Source: Methanococcus maripaludis
GTDB taxonomy: Archaea > AGJL01 > Methanococci > Methanococcales > Methanococcaceae
Direction: 5' to 3'
NCBI RefSeq assembly: GCF_002945325.1
Contig: NZ_CP026606.1
Coordinates: forward strand, 540,001-572,000
Length of the DNA stretch: 32,000 nucleotides
Part shown: in pieces, positions 26,089 to 32,000 of the stretch
Position numbering within the stretch: the first letter of the stretch is position 1
Layout of the letters: each line of letters starts with the position of its first letter
Position numbers and translations under genes: made by a program
Notes under the pieces: model-generated
Seen by the model: the letters and a program-made list of their open reading frames with translations, nothing else
The model's database searches: none
What the model was told of the DNA's origin: nothing

Positions 26089-28193
26089 TATTGTTACTGT
26101 TGTTGTTAAAAGTTACAGTTTTTGTTACTTTATTTGTTGTTGTTGTTTGCGTTGTTGTTTTGTTGTTGTTTTGTTGTTTTTGTTGTTGTTTTTGTTTGTT
26201 GTTTGTTGTTTTGTTGTTGTTACTTGTTGTTGTTGTTTATCTACTTGTTCCATTGTTTTATTTGTTGTTACTTTTGTTGTGTGTTGTTATTCTTGTTGTT
26301 TTGTTGTTGTTGTTATTGTTGTTGTTATTTTTGTTTTCTACGATTATTGTTGATGTTATTGTTTGTTTCTATTTCATTATTGTTGTTTATTGTTGTTGTT
26401 GTTGTTATTCCATTGTTGTTGTTGTTATTGTTGTTGTTGTTGTTCCATTATTTGTGTTTATTGTTGTTTTGTTATTGTGTGTTGTTTGTTGTTATTGTTG
26501 TTTTTATTTGTTATTGTTGTTTTTATTGTTACGTTGTTTGTTGTTGTTGTTGTTGTTGTTGTTTTATTATTGTTTGTTGTTGTTTTTTGTTGTTGTTGTT
26601 GTTATTCTTCATTTATTGTTGTTGTTTTATTGTTGATATTGTTTTTTTTTTGTTTTATTTTTGTTGTTATTGTTGTTGTTATTGTTATTGTTGTTGTTTC
26701 ATTTGTTGTTGTTTTGTTCCATTTGTTATGTTGTTTTATTGTTGTTGTTGTTAAACCGTTTTCATTTGTTGTTATTATTTGTTATTGTTATTGTTTTAAC
26801 CGTTTGTTTTGTGTTGTTGATTTTATTGTTTGTTGTTTGTTGTTGTTATTTGTTGTTGTTGTTTTGTTTCTTGTTGTTGTTATTGTTTGTTATTTTTATT
26901 GTTGTTGTTGTTAAAAGCTTTTTTTGTTTACTTTATTTTATTATTATTATTGTTGTTGTTTGAGTTATTATTGTTATTGTTGTTTTTTGTTGTTTGTTTC
27001 TGCTGAATTCATTAGTTTCCTGTTGTTGTTGTTCTTGTTGATATTTCATTGATCCGTTGAATGCAGTTACTGAATCGATGTATTTTGTTACTGTTGATTG
27101 TTATTTGTTGTTGTTGTTATTGTTGTTATTCTCCTTCAACTTGTTATTGTGATTATTGGATTTTTTATTAAAGGTTGTTTTTCACTTGAATTTACGTTTC
27201 CTTGTTGTCATTCGCGTATATTTTAACTTTTAAGTCCTTCGTTGAATATTTTATTATTATTGTTATTATCCAGTTGATCCATTTATTGTTGTTTTTAAAC
27301 CGTTTTTGTTCATTTTTATTGTTGTTGATATCCGTTGTTGTTAACGTTTTATTATTGTTTGTTGTTATTGTTTTTGTTTTTTTGTTGTTAACCGTTATTG
27401 TTGTTGTTGTTTGTTGTTATTTTATTGTTGTTATTTACTTTGTTGTGTTTGTTGTTGTTGTTGTTTGTTATTGTTGTTGTTGTTTTTGTTTTGTTGTTAT
27501 TGTTGTTATTGTTTTGTTATTTGTTGTTTATTTTATTGTTATTGTTGTTGTTGTTGTTTTGTTATTGTTGTTGTTGTTTTTTGTTGTTTGTTGTTGTTGT
27601 TGTTTTTTGTTGTTGTTGTTGTTTTTTTTATTGTTGTTATTATTGTTATTGTTGTTGTTTGTTATTGTTGTTTTGTTGTTATTGAATTGTTTTGTTAATT
27701 GTGTTAATTTATTTGTTGTTGTTATTTTGTTGGATTTATTGTTTTTATTGTTAAAGTTGTGTGTTTTCACTGTTGTTGTTATTGTTTTTTGTTGTTGTTT
27801 GTGTGTTGATTGTTATTTTTAATGTGTTAAGTCCTTTTAATGTTATTATTGTTGTTATTACGTTATTGTTGTTGTTGTTGTTTGATCCATTTTGTTGTTT
27901 TTTTTGTTTTATTTTTGTTTGTGTGTTGTTGAACTGATTGTTATTTGATATCCGTTGTTTTGTTGTTATTATTGTTGTGTTATTGAATTTGTTGTTGTTG
28001 TGATTTTTTTTGTTGAATGTTGTTGTTGTTGTTTACTGTTGTTGTTTTACTGTTGTTGTTTATTATTGTTGTTGTTGTTTTTGTTTTGTTTTATTTGTTG
28101 TTGTTGTTGTTGTTTTGTTGTTTGTTGTTTTTGTTATTGTTGTTTTGATGTTGTTGTTTCTGTTCTTCAGGTAGTTTTGTTGTGTAACTGTGT
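26089..28193. repeat. T/G-dominated low-complexity tract ((TTG)n-like filler) with colinear relic islands of the 525-bp repeat
   Basis: By eye, C is nearly absent and A is sparse outside the islands. GG dinucleotides occur essentially only in the islands. Islands include 27050-27083, which is a 34-bp exact match to 25719-25752, as well as 27181-27202, 27212-27227, 27231-27251, 27267-27285, 27325-27337 and 27387-27395. Confidence 0.9.
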
Positions 28194-29621
28194 TATTTCA
28201 GTTGATCCGTTGAATGCAGTTACTGAATCGATGTAGTCTTCATCTACTGTGAAGTTAAGCACGTCTGATCCATTGTTGAAGTATTCTCCTTCAACTGTGT
28301 TAACTGTGATTACTGGATCTGTTAAATCTACTCTAAAGGTTACGTTTTCACTTGAATTTACGTTTCCTGCTAAGTCAGTTGTAACGATTGTTACGTTGTG
28401 GAATCCTTCAACAAACTCAAAACTTGAATTTCCAAAGAATCCTGAAACGTTTTCTAAAGTAACGTTTATTTCATCATCAATGTTTGCAATAACGGTTACA
28501 GGTGTAAAGTCACTTACTGTAACGTTTAATATGCTTGAATTGTAGTTGTATGGTCCAAATCCGTTGTTAATTACAACGGTAGGGTTTGTTGTGTCAACTG
28601 TTACCGTGATTGGTTCAGTTACGTTTTCGTTTCCTGCCATATCTGTTGCATTTGCTGTTACATTGTAGATTCCATCATTAAGAACCGTTAATGTAACATT
28701 GTAGCTTCCAAATGAACTGTTGATTTTTGAATCAATTAATTCGCCAGTTACTGCATCGATCACTGAAATGTTTGCAATAACTCCAGTCCAAGTGTCGTTT
28801 GCATAAACTGATATTGTTAGATCTTTTGAAGCTGATACATTTGCAGTTCCTATCTCAAATTCGGGGTTTGTAATGTCAACAAATATCATTGTGTTGTTTG
28901 TATTTACGTTTCCTGCTGCATCTGTTGCAGTTATTGTTACCATATTCGGCCCTTCTGAAAACTCGTAAGTGTTGTTTTCGAAGTATCCTGAATCGTTTGT
29001 TAAATTAATTGTATCAATAGGGGGCATAATAGGCAATATAACCGCAGTAACGATTACACTTGTATTATCTATTACTGTAACGTTTAATATGCTTGAATTA
29101 TAGCCATATACTGGTAAAACGTTGTTAAATACAATTTGTGGAGCAGTTGTATCAACTATTACTGTGGTAGTACTTTCTCCAATATTTTCTACATCATCAA
29201 TTGCAGTAACTGTGATGTTGTTTTCCCCCTCTGCAAGTGTTAACCCAAAGAGTAACGTTTCAGAAGTGTTTACTTCACTTGAATTTACAGTAATTCCATT
29301 TACAGTAATGTTACATATTACTGATTCACAGACATTATCGATTATTGTGAAGTTTAACTGAGGATTTGCAATATTAATAATTGAATCATTTACAGGGGTT
29401 TCGATTGAAACTTCTGGAGCAGTCCAATCAACCATGAAATATACTGTTTCAGATGAATTTACATGTCCAAACGAGTCGTTTGCATAAATTTTAACCTCGT
29501 ATTCGCCTTGTGCAAATACATAAGTTGAATTTCCAAAGTATCCATCTGTTTCTGTTAAGGTAATATTTTCTAAAACGCTTCCATTGTCGATTTCAGCAAG
29601 TTGAATTTCCAAAGTATCCAT
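28167..29621 (-). CDS. Adhesin fragment 2: about five to six Ig-like domains
   Basis: After its first 8 residues it repeats the peptide AEIDNGSVLENITLTETDGYFGNST that ends fragment 1. It stops at a TGA 25-27 nt inside the degenerate tract. Confidence 0.7.
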   Translation of the reverse strand: MDTLEIQLAEIDNGSVLENITLTETDGYFGNSTYVFAQGEYEVKIYANDSFGHVNSSETVYFMVDWTAPEVSIETPVNDSIINIANPQLNFTIIDNVCESVICNITVNGITVNSSEVNTSETLLFGLTLAEGENNITVTAIDDVENIGESTTTVIVDTTAPQIVFNNVLPVYGYNSSILNVTVIDNTSVIVTAVILPIMPPIDTINLTNDSGYFENNTYEFSEGPNMVTITATDAAGNVNTNNTMIFVDITNPEFEIGTANVSASKDLTISVYANDTWTGVIANISVIDAVTGELIDSKINSSFGSYNVTLTVLNDGIYNVTANATDMAGNENVTEPITVTVDTTNPTVVINNGFGPYNYNSSILNVTVSDFTPVTVIANIDDEINVTLENVSGFFGNSSFEFVEGFHNVTIVTTDLAGNVNSSENVTFRVDLTDPVITVNTVEGEYFNNGSDVLNFTVDEDYIDSVTAFNGSTEITQLHNKTT

Positions 29622-29675
29622 CTGTTTCTGTTAAGGTAATATTTTCTAAAACGCTTCCATTGTCGATTTCAGCAA
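29522..29675. repeat. Perfect tandem duplication, period 76 bp
   Basis: 29522-29599 is identical to 29598-29675. 76 is not divisible by 3, and the duplication lies exactly at the junction of ORFs 29593-30672 and 28167-29621. Confidence 0.9.
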
Positions 29676-30672
29676 TAACTGTATCTAAGTTATCATCGGT
29701 TACTGTAACGTTTAATATGTTTGTACTGTAGTTATAATCCAATTCGGGATTATTAATTGTAACTGTTGGTGCAATTGTGTCAACTACAACAGTAATTGAA
29801 TCATTTGCATTGTTAAATGCATCATCGATTGCAACTACAGTAATTGTGTGTGTGCCGTCCGTAAGATTTAACGTGTAAAGTATCGCGGTTGCATTGTCTG
29901 CAGTGCTGTCGTTTACCGGCGTTCCATCTACATCTATAAAGTAGTTAATTGTGTCACAGAGATTGTCTGCAATTGTGAAGTTTAACTGAGGATTTGAAGC
30001 AGTTATGTTTGCACCATCAATTGGTGTTGAAATTGTAACTGCCGGTGCTGTTGTATCAACAGTCATCATAAATCCGGATAAATTTGTAGCCCATCCGTGA
30101 GCGTCTGTTGCTTCAATAGTTACTGAATGATCTCCTTCAACCAATTCATTCAATGTTACATTAGTTGGAGTGTTATTAATTACAGAACCATTGACATCTG
30201 CAGATCCGTCAACGTAAATGGTGTAGTTTATATTTGAGGATACGTTGTCAATTAAATTAAGTTCAATTGTTGGAGTGGTATCATTTGTAAAATCTGGAAC
30301 AAATGCATCCACAAATGGTGCAATTGTGTCAACTGTAAAAGTTACAGTTTGATTAGTTAACCCCTCTGAGTCATTTACAAATAAAGTAATGTTGTGAACT
30401 CCATCACCAAGACCCACAGACACGGTTTGTGGCTCAGTTGAAGATTCTGTATCGCAAGTAAGCCCGGGTATTTCACCGGTTACATCTACAAAAAATGTAT
30501 AATTCCACGATCCTGCTACATCAATTGTTGAATTGAATGTAAACGTAATAGGATCCGTAGTAACTAGTTCTCCTTCGCCTGGCGAAATAATATTTGCTGC
30601 CGCATAACTTGTCGAAAGAGAACAGCAAAGTATCGCCAGAACTAGAACCATGAAAACCTTGTTCATTTTCAT
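29593..30672 (-). CDS. Adhesin fragment 1: signal peptide plus about four Ig-like domains
   Basis: MKMNKVFMVLVLAILCCSLSTSYAAA, then repeated VDT.AP-delimited domains. It ends at a stop created by the frameshift inside the 76-bp duplication. Confidence 0.75.
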   Translation of the reverse strand: MKMNKVFMVLVLAILCCSLSTSYAAANIISPGEGELVTTDPITFTFNSTIDVAGSWNYTFFVDVTGEIPGLTCDTESSTEPQTVSVGLGDGVHNITLFVNDSEGLTNQTVTFTVDTIAPFVDAFVPDFTNDTTPTIELNLIDNVSSNINYTIYVDGSADVNGSVINNTPTNVTLNELVEGDHSVTIEATDAHGWATNLSGFMMTVDTTAPAVTISTPIDGANITASNPQLNFTIADNLCDTINYFIDVDGTPVNDSTADNATAILYTLNLTDGTHTITVVAIDDAFNNANDSITVVVDTIAPTVTINNPELDYNYSTNILNVTVTDDNLDTVIAEIDNGSVLENITLTETDGYFGNSTC

Positions 30673-30923
30673 AATTTTTCCCCGATTTTTTTAGTTAATA
30701 ACTTTGTTAGAAATAAAAATACTACTAAGAATATTAGATTTAGTAATATCACCTGAAGGGTTTACTGTTATGTATGTACATTTAAAATATAGGATAATTT
30801 ATTTTTATAAATTACGATTATGATGCATCATAATATTATAATGGGCCATGGAAAATTAATTTAAAAAAAGAAAATTTTTAAAAAAGTTTTATTTTGATAA
30901 AATCAGCATTAAAAAAGAAAATA

Positions 30924-31517
30924 TTATTTTATGTAGTTTACAACGTCTTTTTTTCGTTCAGGCGCCGGTTTTGCTTTTTCTATCAATTTGTAACCGAATG
31001 CAACCCCGTAGAATGGTTCAAAGTTTTCTGGAATATTTAATTTCTTAACATTTTCAGTTGTAAAATAAGGCCTTACAAGTCCAAGCCAGACTGAACCGAT
31101 ATTCATGCTTTCTGCTGCCAAGAGCATGTTCTGAATTGCCGCAGAACAGTCAACAATCGCTGCATGTGCGTTTTTATTTCCAGAAACTACAATTAAAGTT
31201 GGAGCTTCGTAAAGTATATTATATTTCGGATTACTCATTGCATTTATCAGACTTTCAGGCAGATTTTTCATTGAATCCGGATTTTCTGCAAGCGTTTTTT
31301 TAGATACGATATTTATTTCGTCGAGCAATTCCTTGTTCTGAATTACTGTAAAGTGCCAGGGCTGTTCATTTAGTGCAGTTGGCGCATAAATTGCAGCTTC
31401 GAGTATTGCTTCAATTTCACTGTCCTTTAGTTGCTCTTTTTTGAACTTTCTGACACTTCTCCTGTTTTTTATTGTTTCCATAACTTGATTCATGCTTTCA
31501 CCAAATTTAAAATCCAA
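30924..31517 (-). CDS. Nitroreductase-family FMN oxidoreductase
   Basis: RRSVRKF near the N-terminus, P.A.N.QPWHF, and 197-aa length. The start may be ATG 31493 (MNQVMETIK...). Confidence 0.8.
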   Translation of the reverse strand: MDFKFGESMNQVMETIKNRRSVRKFKKEQLKDSEIEAILEAAIYAPTALNEQPWHFTVIQNKELLDEINIVSKKTLAENPDSMKNLPESLINAMSNPKYNILYEAPTLIVVSGNKNAHAAIVDCSAAIQNMLLAAESMNIGSVWLGLVRPYFTTENVKKLNIPENFEPFYGVAFGYKLIEKAKPAPERKKDVVNYIK

Positions 31518-32000
31518 GACTCTTTCCTACAACAAGCACAGTCATATCTGTAAGCATTGGTCTTCTTTTAATTACTGAATAAATCCTGCAAGCTCTTGTT
31601 TCTGCATCGCAGTTTACACAATAGCCTGTTTTTATGCACGGGTTTAAAAATCCCAATCTTTTCATGTTTTTTGGAGCTGCTTCCATTCTGATTCTTTCAA
31701 ATGCAGTTTCAACATCTTTACATAATTTATTTAATCCAACAACAATTATTACTTTTTTCGGACCAAACACAATCGCAGAAACCCGATTTCCAACCCCATC
31801 GATATTTACAAGTTCCCCTGAAGCAGTAATTGCATTTGTACTTGAAATAAATATATCAGACGTTAATTGCTGTCTCATGATATCCATTTTTTCTTCCTGC
31901 GTAAGGCTCGCATCATTGTGGTCCAAAATTACCGCACCTTTTTCCCTTGCTTGCTCTGCAATATTTAATGATTGTACTGTAACTGAACCTCCAAAACCAA
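31507..32000 (-). CDS. LUD-domain (DUF162, LutB/LutC-like) protein, N-terminus outside the window
   Basis: I checked that the frame is open to the window edge (GFGGSVTVQSLNIAEQAREKGAVILDHND...). The motifs TNAIT..GELVNIDG.GNRV and VVGLNK fit the LUD domain. Confidence 0.7.
   Translation of the reverse strand, partial: GFGGSVTVQSLNIAEQAREKGAVILDHNDASLTQEEKMDIMRQQLTSDIFISSTNAITASGELVNIDGVGNRVSAIVFGPKKVIIVVGLNKLCKDVETAFERIRMEAAPKNMKRLGFLNPCIKTGYCVNCDAETRACRIYSVIKRRPMLTDMTVLVVGKSLGF

Larger units (their letters stand above)
24292..30672 (-). pseudogene. Giant secreted adhesin-like gene of repeated Ig-like domains (about 2100 codons if intact), disrupted by a 76-bp duplication and a 2.1-kb degenerate tract
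   Basis: There is one signal peptide at 30672. The same ~85-90-aa domain type, delimited by VDT(T/I/V)(A/N)P, recurs across all three ORF fragments. A single C-terminal anchor-like module sits at 24292-24768. There are no promoter-like gaps between fragments. Confidence 0.7.

Noticed and set aside
27528-27770. An 80-aa Asn/Lys/Thr/Gln-rich minus-strand ORF inside the tract.
   Set aside because: It is a chance open stretch of the degenerate repeat. Its N-terminus still echoes the domain sequence ENVTF...FNN. It has no SD or promoter and is flanked by stops in the same frame.
26089-28193. Diversity-generating retroelement (DGR) style hypermutation as the cause of the tract.
   Set aside because: There is no reverse transcriptase or template repeat in the window. 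Differences from the repeat are not restricted to adenine positions, include indels, and span kilobases rather than a short variable region.
26089-28193. Exhaustive one-strand deamination (C to T plus A to G), which would by itself yield a T/G-only strand.
   Set aside because: A-to-G conversion of the A-rich repeat would create many GG and GGG runs and roughly 45% G. The tract has essentially no GG outside the relic islands and looks closer to one-third G. Aligned islands also show substitutions in other directions, such as G to A and G to T.
26060-28236. A stack of overlapping plus-strand ORFs (26060-26353, 26091-26636, 26122-26754, 26363-26914, 26661-26963, 27202-27822, 27398-27685, 27411-27698, 27955-28236) encoding poly-Val/Leu/Cys/Phe proteins.
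   Set aside because: They exist only because a T/G-rich strand cannot form TAA, TAG or TGA. All three frames are open at once, the products are pure low complexity, and they lie antisense to a recognisable gene relic.
25030-28379. CRISPR array.
   Set aside because: The repeats are 525 bp long, directly abutting with no spacers, and encode protein domains in frame. No cas genes are present.
1-32000. tRNA, rRNA or other structured RNA genes in the intergenic gaps (6939-7132, 9292-9446, 13906-14162, 20618-20762, 21811-22070, 30673-30923).
   Set aside because: All the gaps are strongly AT-rich with no GC-rich helical segments of the kind Methanococcus stable RNAs show. I could not fold any into a cloverleaf by eye. 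A covariance-model scan would be needed to be definitive.

Overview
This is an AT-rich archaeal chromosomal segment. The recognisable proteins point to a Methanococcus-type methanogen: the Rpo7-Spt4-DUF359-S24e-S27ae operon, RNase P p30, a CfbD/NflD-like protein, RFC small subunit and PyrD. That assignment is an inference from the protein sequences, not a database result. No tRNA, rRNA or CRISPR array was found.

Layout from left to right:
- 1-1.9 kb: the 3' end of a tyrosine recombinase, a substrate-binding-protein gene broken by one in-frame TAG, and an HTH protein.
- 2-7 kb: an M50 protease, then a cluster of three NifB/NifX-type domain genes, two MinD-like ATPases with ferredoxin inserts, and a small protein with an RGG tail.
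- 7.4-10.4 kb: a conserved ribosomal/transcription operon and pyrD.
- 11.2-13.9 kb: a translationally coupled operon of an unknown gene, an ATP-grasp ligase and a GCS2 ligase.
- 14-17.2 kb: housekeeping genes.
- 17.2-30.7 kb: two large secreted surface-protein loci that share a C-terminal module, separated by four housekeeping genes.

The most unusual signal is in the second surface locus (24292-30672, minus strand). It reads as one roughly 2100-codon gene for a protein of repeated Ig-like domains, broken in two places. The first break is a perfect 76-bp tandem duplication that shifts the frame. The second is a roughly 2.1-kb tract (26089-28193) made almost only of T and G on the plus strand, mostly TTG-like filler. 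That tract still carries short intact pieces of the adjacent 525-bp repeat, in the original order. It may be a real strand-asymmetric decay of repeat copies, or a consensus or assembly failure inside near-identical repeats. The sequence alone cannot decide between these.
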